Shown here piece by piece: positions 37,746 through 47,948 of a stretch of 64,000 nt of DNA. Source of the stretch: Planctomycetota bacterium (GTDB lineage: Bacteria; Planctomycetota; PLA2; JAEUHO01); the NCBI GenBank assembly GCA_965222115.1, contig CBDCTJ010000005.1, positions 76,444-140,443 of the forward strand, in the 5' to 3' direction. Position numbers and translations under genes: made by a program. The notes beneath the pieces are model-generated. The model did not search any database, had not been told where the DNA came from, and was given only the letters and a program-made list of their open reading frames with translations. The number at the start of each line of letters is the position of its first letter. Position 1 is the stretch's first letter.

Positions 37746-38713
37746 CCGCCCATTGGGATCAAGCCGCACGCGAACTTCGTCGCGATCTCGCCCGCGCACT
37801 CCCCACCGACGTCATGCGCGATCTCCATCGTTTGCGCCCGTGGCGGCACGCGCTCGTTGTTCTCCGGCAACTGCTCATGCTCGTCGCGGCGGTGATTGTG
37901 ATTCTCAAATGGGGGGACCGCGCCTACGCGTGGATTCCTGCAAGTTTCGTAATCGGCTTCTGGGTGTTCAACGGCACGATCTTGCTTCACGAAGTGATCC
38001 ATCGGCTCGTGTCACTGCGTACGCCCAAACCACTTTTGCGTTTTCTTGCTCTGTTCTACGCCGTGCCCAGCGGACTTTCCGCCACGCAGTTTGAACGTTG
38101 GCATCTCGACCATCACGACAACCTTGGCACAGTTGATCGCGACCCCAAGCGCGCACACCTCTCACCGAAGCGCACGAGTCGCTTGCTGAAATTCGCCTAT
38201 TTCACGCCTTTGCTTTTCCCGATCTACTTTCGCGCTGCAGCAAAGGCAACGGCCGATTACAACGAAGCCACGCGGCGCCGCATTCGATTCGAGCGCGTGC
38301 TCACTACATTGTTTCATGCTTCCGTTTTGGCAGCGCTATGGATTGGTCTGGGGTTTGACGCTGCACTCAAACTCTACGTCGTGCCCGTGTTTTTCGTGTT
38401 TCCCATCGCCTTTGCCATTAACCGACTCGGACAGCACTACGACATTCGAAGCGACGATCCAGCGACGTGGTCCACGTGGATGCGCTCGAGCCCGTTGTTC
38501 TGGGACGTCATCTACCTGTGGTCCAATTACCACTTAGAGCATCACTATTTTCCACGGGTTCCGTTTTACAATCTGAGACGACTGCACGTGGCGCTCACGC
38601 CGTTTCTTGAAGGGAAGGGCGTTCGCAAACGCAGCTATAGCGGCCTGCTTGCCGACTGGCTAATCGGCAACAAGACGCCCCACACCGACTGGCGAGCGGA
38701 GGCTTCAACGTGA
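37742..38713 (+). CDS. Membrane fatty acid desaturase-family protein
   Basis: Three His boxes (HEVIH, HLDHH, HLEHH) and TMs; ATGA overlap with ispG. Confidence 0.88.
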   Translation: MTAHWDQAARELRRDLARALPTDVMRDLHRLRPWRHALVVLRQLLMLVAAVIVILKWGDRAYAWIPASFVIGFWVFNGTILLHEVIHRLVSLRTPKPLLRFLALFYAVPSGLSATQFERWHLDHHDNLGTVDRDPKRAHLSPKRTSRLLKFAYFTPLLFPIYFRAAAKATADYNEATRRRIRFERVLTTLFHASVLAALWIGLGFDAALKLYVVPVFFVFPIAFAINRLGQHYDIRSDDPATWSTWMRSSPLFWDVIYLWSNYHLEHHYFPRVPFYNLRRLHVALTPFLEGKGVRKRSYSGLLADWLIGNKTPHTDWRAEAST

Positions 38714-38976
38714 CGTCCGACGTAGAGACAATTCCCCTAACCGTGCGCTTCTTCGCTGCCGCACGCGAAGCGACAGGGGCACAAAAAATCGAAATGAAAT
38801 TTCCAGTCGGTTCCACACTTGCCGACCTCGTACGCGAGCTTTACACCCGCCACCCCGCGCTACAGAAAATCGAGCCCTCCCTTCGGTTCGCCATAGACGA
38901 GGCCTTTGCCTCCACCGACACTCCCCTCACCTCGGGAGCACAGGTAGCCGTCATTCCCCCAGTTGGCGGCGGGTAG
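38710..38976 (+). CDS. moaD: Molybdopterin synthase sulfur carrier subunit
   Basis: VRFFAAARE..., C-terminal VAVIPPVGGG. Confidence 0.92.
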   Translation: MTSDVETIPLTVRFFAAAREATGAQKIEMKFPVGSTLADLVRELYTRHPALQKIEPSLRFAIDEAFASTDTPLTSGAQVAVIPPVGGG

Positions 38977-39009
38977 GCCTTCTGCGTTCCTCCCGACGGA
39001 GGGCAGTTC

Positions 39010-39471
39010 GTGTTCCATATCACCACCGAAGCGATCGACGCCGATGTGCTGCGCCAAGCGGTGGAGCATCCGGGGTGCGGCGCGGTGATCGTGTTTCATG
39101 GCACCGTTCGCAATCGCACCGGTGAACGCTCGGTGCGCTTTCTTGAATACGAGGCCTACGACAGCATGGCCGTCAAAGCGATGACGGCCATCGCCGATGA
39201 TCTCACGTCTTCGCTCCACGTTGAAGCCATCGCATGTACCCATCGCGTGGGGCGCGTGGAAATTGGCGAAGACGCAATGGTCCTGGCCGTCGCAAGTCCC
39301 CACCGTGCCGCGGCACTAGAAGCCGTTGGCACGTTCATCGCGCGTCTCAAACAAGAGGTTCCCATTTGGAAGAAGGAACACTTCGATGGCGGCGACGTGT
39401 GGGTAGGAACCCCAGAAGACCCCCAAGGCACGAATCTCGTCGGTGATGGGCGACTGGGGATCAACGCGTGA
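39010..39471 (+). CDS. moaE: Molybdopterin synthase catalytic subunit
   Basis: GAVIVFHGTVR, LEYEAY, HRVG, SPHR, LKQEVPIWKKE. Confidence 0.95.
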   Translation: MFHITTEAIDADVLRQAVEHPGCGAVIVFHGTVRNRTGERSVRFLEYEAYDSMAVKAMTAIADDLTSSLHVEAIACTHRVGRVEIGEDAMVLAVASPHRAAALEAVGTFIARLKQEVPIWKKEHFDGGDVWVGTPEDPQGTNLVGDGRLGINA

Positions 39472-40319
39472 CGCGCCCCATCATGTTGGCGATTTCCGAT
39501 GCAACGGGCGAAACGGCGGAACAGTCGTGTCGCGCTGCGCTAGCACAGTTTGGTCACTTTGAAGATGCGCGCATCCGCATGTTGCCCCACATTCTGAATG
39601 AACGCGCCCTCGAACGCGCTGTGTTGGAGGCCAAGACCGAGAAAGCACTCTTGGTCTATACGCTGGTGGGCCCCGAGCTTCGGGCGCGCGTCAAAGACTT
39701 GGTGGAAGAACACGATGTGGGCTCGGTGGACTTATTGGGTCCTTTGGTATCGCGCTTGGGGAAACACCTCGGCCAGCGACCCCTCGCCGTACCCGGTCTT
39801 GGCCACGAACTCGATGAGGACTACTTCCGCCGCATTGATGCGATTGAATTTGCGGTGAGCAATGACGACGGTCGAAGACCCGACAACTTGAAGAAGGCCG
39901 AGCTGGTCATCGTCGGCATTAGTCGCACGTCGAAGACGCCGCTGTCCAACTACATCGCGCATCGTGGGTATCGCGTGGCCAATGTGCCGATTGTGCTCGA
40001 CATGCCCCCACCACCGCAGTTGGACACGCTCGACCCCCAGCGTGTATTCGGACTCACCATCGATCCCGTGACCCTCATGAAGATTCGCCAGGCACGCATG
40101 GCGGCGCTCAAGATGGAGTCCAACAGCGACTACGGCGACCTGCGGCAAATCCGTCGAGAGATTGCCTTCGCACGCAAGTTATTTGATCGGCATCCTGGAT
40201 GGACCGTGATTGAAGTGTCGCGCAAGGCCATCGAAGAAACGGCTTCACTCATCCTAGAAACCTATCGTCATCGGTTCGAAGGTGCCTCGGCACCCGCGGC
40301 ATCGAGCGAGGAACGATAG
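39468..40319 (+). CDS. ppsR: PEP synthase/pyruvate phosphate dikinase regulatory kinase-pyrophosphorylase (DUF299)
   Basis: ISDATGETAE, YFRRIDAIEFAV.NDDG, GISRTSKTPLS, AIEETA. Confidence 0.92.
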   Translation: MTRPIMLAISDATGETAEQSCRAALAQFGHFEDARIRMLPHILNERALERAVLEAKTEKALLVYTLVGPELRARVKDLVEEHDVGSVDLLGPLVSRLGKHLGQRPLAVPGLGHELDEDYFRRIDAIEFAVSNDDGRRPDNLKKAELVIVGISRTSKTPLSNYIAHRGYRVANVPIVLDMPPPPQLDTLDPQRVFGLTIDPVTLMKIRQARMAALKMESNSDYGDLRQIRREIAFARKLFDRHPGWTVIEVSRKAIEETASLILETYRHRFEGASAPAASSEER

Positions 40320-40322
40320 TCC

Positions 40323-41273
40323 ATGGCTGTCATTTCTACTCAAGGACTGACCAAGCAATACGGGAACAACCCCCCTGCGCTGAAGAACGTCACCATCGAT
40401 ATTCCGGATGGCGTCACGGGACTGCTCGGCCCTAACGGTGCCGGCAAATCGACACTGCTTCAGTGTGTGCTGGGCCTCTTACCCGACTTTCGAGGCGACG
40501 CCACGGTCTTGGGCAAAAACACCCGTAAGGAACGCCGTGCGCTTCGACGCAATGTAGGCTTCATGCCCGAAACCGACACCTACATCGCCGGCATGACCGG
40601 CATTCGCGCCGTGCGCTACTTAGGACAACTGGGTGGCATGCCCTACACGGAAGCGTTGCGCCGCGCACACGAAGTGTTGTTTCATGTGGGCTTGGGTGAG
40701 GCCATCTATCGGAAGGTAACGGAATACAGCACGGGCATGCGTCAGCGCTTCAAGCTCGCCCAGGCTTTGGTGCACGATCCGGATCTCCTGTTGCTCGATG
40801 AACCGCTATCGGGCTTGGATCCCAAGGGACGCGTCGAAGTTCTCAACCTCATTACCGATTTGGCCACCAACCACGGCAAACATGTGGTGTGGTCGTCGCA
40901 CATTCTTCCCGATGTGCAGCGCGTAGCCGAACATGTCGTGATCCTGCATCATGGGGAGTACCACGGTACCCATCGCCTGGACGCGCTCGCCTCCACGCAG
41001 GGCCAATACGCGCTTGATGTAGAAGGCGACACGGAGGCACTCGGCGTGTTCCTTGGGGACCGCTCGGTTACGTTTGACGTCGCGCCTTCCGAAGACGTCG
41101 TGCCCGGCGGACGCGTCACGTGGACCGTGTCACTTCCCGATGGCGTGGGCCCGGCGGCGCTGCTTTCGGCCGCAGCGGAAACAGGTGCGCGCGTTCGGCG
41201 GTTGACGCCCGTGCGCGAGAGCTTGGAAGATGTCTTTTTACGCGTCCTCGACGGACCCACGGAGGCCGCGTGA
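40323..41273 (+). CDS. ABC transporter ATP-binding protein
   Basis: GPNGAGKST, YSTGMRQR, LLLDEP, SSH. Confidence 0.93.
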   Translation: MAVISTQGLTKQYGNNPPALKNVTIDIPDGVTGLLGPNGAGKSTLLQCVLGLLPDFRGDATVLGKNTRKERRALRRNVGFMPETDTYIAGMTGIRAVRYLGQLGGMPYTEALRRAHEVLFHVGLGEAIYRKVTEYSTGMRQRFKLAQALVHDPDLLLLDEPLSGLDPKGRVEVLNLITDLATNHGKHVVWSSHILPDVQRVAEHVVILHHGEYHGTHRLDALASTQGQYALDVEGDTEALGVFLGDRSVTFDVAPSEDVVPGGRVTWTVSLPDGVGPAALLSAAAETGARVRRLTPVRESLEDVFLRVLDGPTEAA

Positions 41274-42220
41274 CTGTCTATACCCGTGGCTATCGCCCGT
41301 ACGAGGGCACCTTCGGTGGTGCCCCCGCCTTCTGGGTCATTACGCGCGAAGGGTTGCGCGCTGCGTGGGAGCGCCGCGGCGTTCGCATGCTCGGTATCTT
41401 CTTCTTGCTGTGGTTCATCATTGGCTCCGTCGCGCTGTACATGACCATCAACATGTCGGAGATGATGGGTCGCAGCACAGACCTAAAAAAAATGATTTCG
41501 CCGGAGTTGTCACGAACCGCCCTCTGCACTGCGTATCAGTTCTTCTACAGTGGAATCGCCGTGTTGGGAGCGCTAGTGGCTGTCATGGTCGGCACGGGGC
41601 TCATTTCCGACGACTTGCGTCACAAGTCACTTTCGCTTTACCTCGTGCGCCCCATTCGTCCGATCGACTACGCAATCGGTAAGGCTGCGATCATTCCCGT
41701 CGTGTTCCTTTTTCTGAGCGTACTTCCCGGCATCTCGTACTACTTGCTTGTCACCGTGTGGCAGGAGCCTGGAGAGAGCGCAAACTTTTTCAACGGCAAT
41801 ACAGATCTGTTGTGGCTCGTCCTTAAGCACTACATCATCGCGGCTACGAGTTACACGGGACTCATGCTTATTGCTTCGTCGCGCACCGCGCGCCGCGGAG
41901 CGGTTGTGGGGTTGAGCGCGGTCATTCTCTTTGGCGGAACCATGCTCGGGATCGTGGGCGCGGCTTTGAAAGGACCCATCGGAAGCGCATTTCGGCACAT
42001 GGGACTCCCCGAAAACGCAGCGGCGCCGCTCATCATTGCCAACCTCGAGCAGACGATGAAGAACCCCCAACGGATGCGCTTTCGCAGCAATCGACACTTT
42101 CAACGCATCATCGACTCCTTGCCGAGCACGGAGACGTCACTGATCATCGGCTGTGCGCTCTTTGCGCTCGGTCTATACCTCGTGTATCGACGCGCGCGTT
42201 CTGCGGAGGTCGTTTCGTGA
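41270..42220 (+). CDS. ABC transporter permease (ABC-2-like)
   Basis: GTG start overlapping the upstream stop; multiple TMs; GLISDDLRHKSLSLYLVRPI motif. Confidence 0.85.
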   Translation: MTVYTRGYRPYEGTFGGAPAFWVITREGLRAAWERRGVRMLGIFFLLWFIIGSVALYMTINMSEMMGRSTDLKKMISPELSRTALCTAYQFFYSGIAVLGALVAVMVGTGLISDDLRHKSLSLYLVRPIRPIDYAIGKAAIIPVVFLFLSVLPGISYYLLVTVWQEPGESANFFNGNTDLLWLVLKHYIIAATSYTGLMLIASSRTARRGAVVGLSAVILFGGTMLGIVGAALKGPIGSAFRHMGLPENAAAPLIIANLEQTMKNPQRMRFRSNRHFQRIIDSLPSTETSLIIGCALFALGLYLVYRRARSAEVVS

Positions 42221-43137
42221 GCGCTCCGCGTATTGAACTAAAGTCCGTCAGCAAATGGTACGGCGAGGTGATGGGCCTCAACGAAGTCACGACCGAGTTC
42301 GGGCCCGGCGTGAGCGGACTTCTTGGACCCAACGGCGCCGGCAAAAGCACCATGCTCAAAGTCATTTGCGGCATGCTCAAGCCCGATTTGGGCACGGTGC
42401 GCGTAAACGGTCGGCGCGTGTTCAATCGCACGGGCGTCATGCGAAGCATTGGCCTTTGCCCGGAACAAGATGCGGTCTATCCACGCGCGTCGGCATTGCT
42501 CGTAACGACATATCTCACCAAGCTTCAAGGATTCGGTGCCAAGGAAGCCAAAGCGCGGGCGAAACGCGGCCTTGAGCGCGCGGGGCTGAGTGACGCCATG
42601 CACCGAAGCGCTACGGGGTTTAGCAAAGGCATGCGGCAACGGTTCAAATTGGCTCAAGCATTGGCTCACGACCCCTCCGTCGTGATCCTTGACGAACCGC
42701 TCAATGGGCTCGATCCGCCGGGGCGACGTCAGTTTTCCGATGTGATTGCAGAGCTAGGCGACGAGGGCAAATGCGTGCTCGTAAGCAGCCACATTCTTCA
42801 TGAAGTGGAATCGCTCGCCCGTCGATTGTTGGTCGTCTACTCCGGGCGCGTATTGGCGGAGGGAACCGCGCGCGAACTGCGCGAGGAGATGTCTGAATTC
42901 CCGCTCACCATTGAAATTCGAACCCGCACTGCGCACGCGATTGCCACGGCGCTCATTGCCGTCGATGGCGTGCGACGCATCGAACACACCCCCGATGGAT
43001 TGGAGATACGAACCGAATCACCGCGGCACTTCTTCGACGCGCTCGGCGAACTCGCATCCGACCCTGAGATCGACGTACAGGCCGTGATTCCCACCGACGA
43101 AGATTTAGAGAGTGTCTTCCGCTACTTGACCCAGTAG
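42217..43137 (+). CDS. ABC transporter ATP-binding protein
   Basis: GPNGAGKST, FSKGMRQR, ILDEP, SSH. Confidence 0.93.
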   Translation: MSAPRIELKSVSKWYGEVMGLNEVTTEFGPGVSGLLGPNGAGKSTMLKVICGMLKPDLGTVRVNGRRVFNRTGVMRSIGLCPEQDAVYPRASALLVTTYLTKLQGFGAKEAKARAKRGLERAGLSDAMHRSATGFSKGMRQRFKLAQALAHDPSVVILDEPLNGLDPPGRRQFSDVIAELGDEGKCVLVSSHILHEVESLARRLLVVYSGRVLAEGTARELREEMSEFPLTIEIRTRTAHAIATALIAVDGVRRIEHTPDGLEIRTESPRHFFDALGELASDPEIDVQAVIPTDEDLESVFRYLTQ

Positions 43138-43148
43138 GTACGCACCGA

Positions 43149-44114
43149 ATGATCGAATCAAGTACTCCACTACCAACGACCCCACCGCCCGCAAGCGGAT
43201 CGTCGCCTTCAAGTAGCTCGACGAGCACCTCGCCAACCATGCTGGGGCCCGGATTCGGTCGCGGATTCGTAGACTCGTTCGTATGGGGCGTACGGCAATC
43301 GCTTCTCAGTAAGCGCTTCTTGATCGCCATGGGCATTGCAGCGATTGGTGGCTATCTGCTTGGTTCGGAAGGCGTTGGCACGCAGCGCCGCGCGTGGATG
43401 CCACCACCCGACGCGGTACACGACGTGTGGAAGCTGCTCGACAATCCCATACTTCCCTACGTGCTGCCAATCGTGGCGATGTTCGTTGTCGCGGGCGGGT
43501 TCTCCAAAGAAGTCGGCCAACGCACGCTTGTCTATCACCTCGTGCGCCCCATATCGCGGTCCACGCTATTTGTATCTCGTTATCTATCCGGCGTAATTCC
43601 TGCGATCGCTATCTCGCTGGTGCTCTTAATCGTATTCAGCCTCACGAGCGGCGTGTCGTTGCCTGGGTCTTACTGGGTATCACTACCCGTGACCGCAGCG
43701 TTCGGCACGATCGCTATTGGCGCGGTGTATTACACGCTCGCTGCGCTCATGCGTTCTGGAACAATTCTCGGGCTGGTCTACACCTTTGCCTTCGATCCTC
43801 TGTTTGCCAGCTCCAAGGGTTCGATGCAGAAGTTTTCCGTGATGTATCACGTGCGTTCGCTGCATCACCAAATGACCGACGAATTCTTCATTGAGAACTC
43901 CGCGCGGGTACGCAATGAGTTGACCAACACGCTTGAAAAGCTCATTGAAAAGGCCGCGGGTGTAACCGACCCCGGCCAGTTGCTCTCAATCAGCGAGACC
44001 ATCGCGTGGTCGTCGAAGAGCAGCGCCGTCACCACGCTCACACTCATTGCGGTCGTGGCGCTCGCCATTGGCTGCTTCCGCATCGCCCGACGCGACTTCC
44101 CGCTCAAGGACTGA
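43149..44114 (+). CDS. ABC transporter permease
   Basis: Multiple TMs; EVGQRTLVYHLVRPISR motif. Confidence 0.85.
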   Translation: MIESSTPLPTTPPPASGSSPSSSSTSTSPTMLGPGFGRGFVDSFVWGVRQSLLSKRFLIAMGIAAIGGYLLGSEGVGTQRRAWMPPPDAVHDVWKLLDNPILPYVLPIVAMFVVAGGFSKEVGQRTLVYHLVRPISRSTLFVSRYLSGVIPAIAISLVLLIVFSLTSGVSLPGSYWVSLPVTAAFGTIAIGAVYYTLAALMRSGTILGLVYTFAFDPLFASSKGSMQKFSVMYHVRSLHHQMTDEFFIENSARVRNELTNTLEKLIEKAAGVTDPGQLLSISETIAWSSKSSAVTTLTLIAVVALAIGCFRIARRDFPLKD

Positions 44115-44138
44115 TCCGACTCGGTGTACTGTGATCGG

Positions 44139-44828
44139 ATGATTGGCGTCGTGATCACAGCCGCGGGTGCATCAAGTCGTTTCGGCGGCTCGTTGCCCAA
44201 AGTGTTTGCCCCGCTTGCGGGTCGCCGCGTGATCGATTGGACGCTGGCCGCGTGGTCCGAGGCCCTGCTCGAAGAGCCCCATGAGCTGATCGTCACGCTT
44301 CCTCGCGTTCACCGAAGCGCCATGCCTGAGAGTGCCACCGTAGAAGGCGGTGATACGCGGCAAGCCAGTGTTCGACGCGGGTACGAGGCACTCTCAAAGG
44401 CGTGCGATGTTGTCCTTGTTCACGATGGAGCGCGCCCGCTCATTCGCGCCGAGACGATCCGCGCCGCCGTCAAGGCGATTCGCATGCATGGCGCCGCGGC
44501 CGTAGTTACAAAGACCACCAACTCCTTGCATCGACTCCACGAATCGCTTGAGGGACCGCTGATTGAGCCGATTCCCCGGCAACAGGTTGTTGCTGCACAA
44601 ACGCCGCAAGGCGCTCGTCGTTCTCTTCTGGACGTCGCGTGGAAGCATGCCGATGCGTCTGGAGAGGACTTTACTGATGAGGCGTCCGCGCTGCGCAGCG
44701 CGAACATAGACGTGTGGCCGGTGTATGGCATCAGCGATAACATCAAGATCACCACGCAGGCAGACTTGGTGGTCGCCGAAGCGCTGATGACGCTTCGCCT
44801 TGATGAAACACACGAGGCCCCGGCATGA
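44139..44828 (+). CDS. ispD: 2-C-methyl-D-erythritol 4-phosphate cytidylyltransferase
   Basis: AAGASSRFG..PK, GGDTRQASV, VHDGARP, QTPQG, TDEAS, NIKITT. Confidence 0.92.
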   Translation: MIGVVITAAGASSRFGGSLPKVFAPLAGRRVIDWTLAAWSEALLEEPHELIVTLPRVHRSAMPESATVEGGDTRQASVRRGYEALSKACDVVLVHDGARPLIRAETIRAAVKAIRMHGAAAVVTKTTNSLHRLHESLEGPLIEPIPRQQVVAAQTPQGARRSLLDVAWKHADASGEDFTDEASALRSANIDVWPVYGISDNIKITTQADLVVAEALMTLRLDETHEAPA

Positions 44829-45409
44829 ACGGGCCTCGGCTACGCATCCTTGGCATTGACCCCGGAACCATTCAAGCAGGCTGGGGCGTGATCGATGTAA
44901 ACGGGTCACGCCTCACCTGTGTGGGATGTGGCACGCTTACCGCGAAGCGCAGCGCGCCGGTGGCTGAACGACTGCTCGCACTCGTCTCCGAACTGCGCGT
45001 GGTGATTCGGGAAACGAACCCCACCGAGGCCGCCATCGAAGAGGCGTTCTACGGTCGCGATGTTCGATCGGCGCTGCGCATTGGAGAAGCGCGCGGCGCG
45101 TTGGTCACCGTCATGGGCGAGGCGGGTCTCTCCGTGCGAGGCTACACCAACAATGTGATCAAGAAGGCGGTCACGGGCGTGGGGCGCGCGGGCAAGTCTC
45201 AGGTACACGCCATGGTCTCGCGCATGCTCAACTTGGAGACGGCGCCCGCCACGTCCGACGCGTCTGACGCCTTAGCGATCGCCATCTGTCACAGCCATCG
45301 ACGAAGCGCGCTTGGTGCCACGGACGCCCGCCAAAACGACGGCGGCACCCCACCACGCGTCCGCGCGGCCATTGAAGCGGCTCGCAAGGAGCGCCGCAAT
45401 CGCTCGTAG
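44825..45409 (+). CDS. ruvC: Crossover junction endodeoxyribonuclease
   Basis: ILGIDPG, AIEEAF, GEARG, KKAVTG.G.A.K.QV, DASDALAIAICH. Confidence 0.96.
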   Translation: MNGPRLRILGIDPGTIQAGWGVIDVNGSRLTCVGCGTLTAKRSAPVAERLLALVSELRVVIRETNPTEAAIEEAFYGRDVRSALRIGEARGALVTVMGEAGLSVRGYTNNVIKKAVTGVGRAGKSQVHAMVSRMLNLETAPATSDASDALAIAICHSHRRSALGATDARQNDGGTPPRVRAAIEAARKERRNRS

Positions 45410-45622
45410 AGGGCCTACCTGAGCCGCTTTCAGGTTTCGGCAGGACGCGCTATCAGTTCGTCGTATCGTTGGGGCCAGTCGCCGGGGCGTGTTCGCCCCG
45501 CGCCTCGTCTTTCGGAGCATTGCCCTTCCATGCCACGCAAGCGCTATGGCGCTCGTACTCATTCAACGCCTCGTGTTCAATCAACGCGTCGTATTCAGTC
45601 AACGCAGAGTGGTCGTCGCAGC

Positions 45623-47080
45623 ATGCTCTTGCTGTCATTCGGCTTGCCGTCGATCGTCGTGGCGGGTCTGTTCCCGTCCGCCTTTGTGCCCACCTCCCTT
45701 ATGCCGCACGTGCCCCTCGCACTCTCCATGGTGACGTGGATCTCGCTGCTCATTTTCGCGGAGGCTGCGGCATGGTTTAGCGCGAGTGCCGAGGCGGCAC
45801 TTGATCGCTGCAGTCATTCGGGCGTTCTGGCCATCGCGGATCGTCACGGCAAACGCGAGCAGACAGAGGAGCGATTAAAGAACGCGTCGCGTTATCAATT
45901 CGCGGCCCGCCTCACGCGATTTCTCGGGAACGCGTGCGTAGTCGTGAGTCTTGCCTACTTAGCGCTGCGGGGCAGTGCCATCCAAGACGACGAGGGCGTG
46001 GGCACATTCTCGGTGAGCACGGCGGTCGTCGTGCTGGGCACCGCGTTCCTGCTTACATTCATTATTAACGATGTGTTGGCGCGGCTTGTGGCCTGTCGCA
46101 ACCCCGATCGCTACGTATATCGCGCATTGCCGTTCCTGCGTTGGCTTCGATTTGCAACCGCGCCTCTGTGCGCCCCCTTGCTATGGCTGGGCTCAAGGCT
46201 CTTTCAAGTTCGATTGCTACGCAAAACGGCTTCGGCTCGCGAAGAGATCTTGGAGTCCGTGGAGGAGGGTGAGCGCGCCGGAAGTTTTTCCGCCACCGAA
46301 GCCGACATGATCGAGTCGATTATCGACATGGGCCGTTCGCGCGTTGAAGACGTCATGACGCCACGCGCCGACCTCGTCATGTTGCATGTGGACGCCTCAC
46401 TCCAAGACGCACTCACCACGATTACCGAAGAGGGGTATTCGCGCATACCGATTTACAAGAGCGATCGCGACGACGTGGTGGGTGTGCTCTACGCGCGCGA
46501 TCTGCTTCCCCACTGGGGTCAGGACGAAGGCTCGCCCGTGACCGTGGAGAACGGCGAGACCACCCATACCGCGCTCACCGTGCGGGGCATGATGCGCAAG
46601 CCGCTCTACGTGCCCGAAGGCAAGCGCGTGAGCGATCTTTTGGGCGACATGCGCGCCAACAAGGTGCACATGGGCATTGTGCTCGACGAGTTCAACGGCA
46701 CGGCGGGTGTGGTCACCATCGAAGACCTCTTGGAAGAGATCGTTGGAGAGATTCAAGACGAGTACGACGAGGACGAAGACGAGGTCACCAGCGCTTCGGC
46801 CGATGGTGTGATTCAAGTGCCGGGCCGGACCACGATTGAAGACGTCAACCGCGCGCTGCACATTGAACTGCCCATCGAAGAGGATTTTGAAACCGTGGGC
46901 GGCCTCGTCTTCAACCGACTGGGGCAGGTGCCCGTGGCGGGTGATGAACTCCGACTCGATGGCGCCACGCTCACCGTGTTGGAAGCAGACGAACGAACCG
47001 TTCAGTCGGTGCGCGTCGCGCGCCAGGACACGACGAACGAAACCGACGTTCCGCCGTCACCGGCGCGCCATGTAAGCTAG
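45623..47080 (+). CDS. Hemolysin-family / CNNM-CorC CBS-domain membrane protein
   Basis: FSASAEAAL and TMs, CBS pair (VMTPR, YSRIPIY, VLDEFNGTAGVVTIEDLLEEIVGEI), CorC_HlyC domain (FETVGG). Start uncertain. Confidence 0.9.
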   Translation: MLLLSFGLPSIVVAGLFPSAFVPTSLMPHVPLALSMVTWISLLIFAEAAAWFSASAEAALDRCSHSGVLAIADRHGKREQTEERLKNASRYQFAARLTRFLGNACVVVSLAYLALRGSAIQDDEGVGTFSVSTAVVVLGTAFLLTFIINDVLARLVACRNPDRYVYRALPFLRWLRFATAPLCAPLLWLGSRLFQVRLLRKTASAREEILESVEEGERAGSFSATEADMIESIIDMGRSRVEDVMTPRADLVMLHVDASLQDALTTITEEGYSRIPIYKSDRDDVVGVLYARDLLPHWGQDEGSPVTVENGETTHTALTVRGMMRKPLYVPEGKRVSDLLGDMRANKVHMGIVLDEFNGTAGVVTIEDLLEEIVGEIQDEYDEDEDEVTSASADGVIQVPGRTTIEDVNRALHIELPIEEDFETVGGLVFNRLGQVPVAGDELRLDGATLTVLEADERTVQSVRVARQDTTNETDVPPSPARHVS

Positions 47081-47129
47081 CCGTGTGAGGTCTACATCCA
47101 CCCGACCATCGAAGACCGGCGCCAAACAA

Positions 47130-47879
47130 ATGTCGGCGGTTACGACCGATACCATCTCGGTTCGTGTGACGCCATTTGGTGAGACCAGTCAAATCGTGCT
47201 GTTGCTCACACCCGACATGGGTGCTGTGTCCGCACTTGCAAAGGGTAGTTTTCGTCCCAGTGCCTCGTTTCAAGGCGGGATTCCATTTTGTGTAATTGGC
47301 AAAGCCCAATTGCGGCGACGGCGCGGTGAGCTGCACTTACTTCAAAAGTTCACCGTGCAGGACGGACTGCGCGGGCTTCGACGCTCGCTCCATCGGTTTT
47401 ATGGCGCCAACTATGTCGTTGAGTTGCTACGCCTTTGGGCACAACCCGATTTGCCCGCCCCGGGATTGTTTGGCGCCGCCGTAACAACGCTGCGCGCCTT
47501 GGCACATACCAAAGAAGAACACATTCCCACGTGGCTCGTATGGTTCGAAGCCCGGGCTATAGCGGCAGCCGGACAACGGCCGAGACTGGATCGCTGTGCC
47601 GTATGTGAAGAGGTGGTTGGGACCGGTGCGCGATTCTCAGGACCCGCTGGTGGACTTGCACACGCATCTTGTATGCCCGTGGGTCCGCAGATTGGCGTGA
47701 GTTCTTCCGCCCTTGGCACCTTGCGGCGGCTCTACACAGAACGCCTTCCGGTATTGGCCGCCTCACCGCCCTCGCTGCGCGAGGCGCTAGAAGTCCGCCG
47801 CATCCACGACCTCTACGTCCCTTACAGCCTTGAACGCCAGCCCCGAGGACTCGCGCGACTCCAACGACGGGTACTGTGA
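47130..47879 (+). CDS. recO: DNA repair protein RecO
   Basis: PFGETSQIV.LLT...G.V..LAKG OB-fold; PRLDRCAVC zinc site; typical neighbourhood. Confidence 0.88.
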   Translation: MSAVTTDTISVRVTPFGETSQIVLLLTPDMGAVSALAKGSFRPSASFQGGIPFCVIGKAQLRRRRGELHLLQKFTVQDGLRGLRRSLHRFYGANYVVELLRLWAQPDLPAPGLFGAAVTTLRALAHTKEEHIPTWLVWFEARAIAAAGQRPRLDRCAVCEEVVGTGARFSGPAGGLAHASCMPVGPQIGVSSSALGTLRRLYTERLPVLAASPPSLREALEVRRIHDLYVPYSLERQPRGLARLQRRVL

Positions 47880-47948
47880 CCATCGGGTGAATCGCCGCGG
47901 CCCGCGGACACGCTTCGCCCCGTTTCTCGGCGAAACGAAGGTCGATGG

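Noticed and set aside
45562-45607. Degenerate 18-bp tandem repeat (TCAACGC...TTCA) upstream of the CBS/hemolysin gene
   Set aside because: Only about 2.5 imperfect copies; cannot distinguish an operator from chance or slippage.
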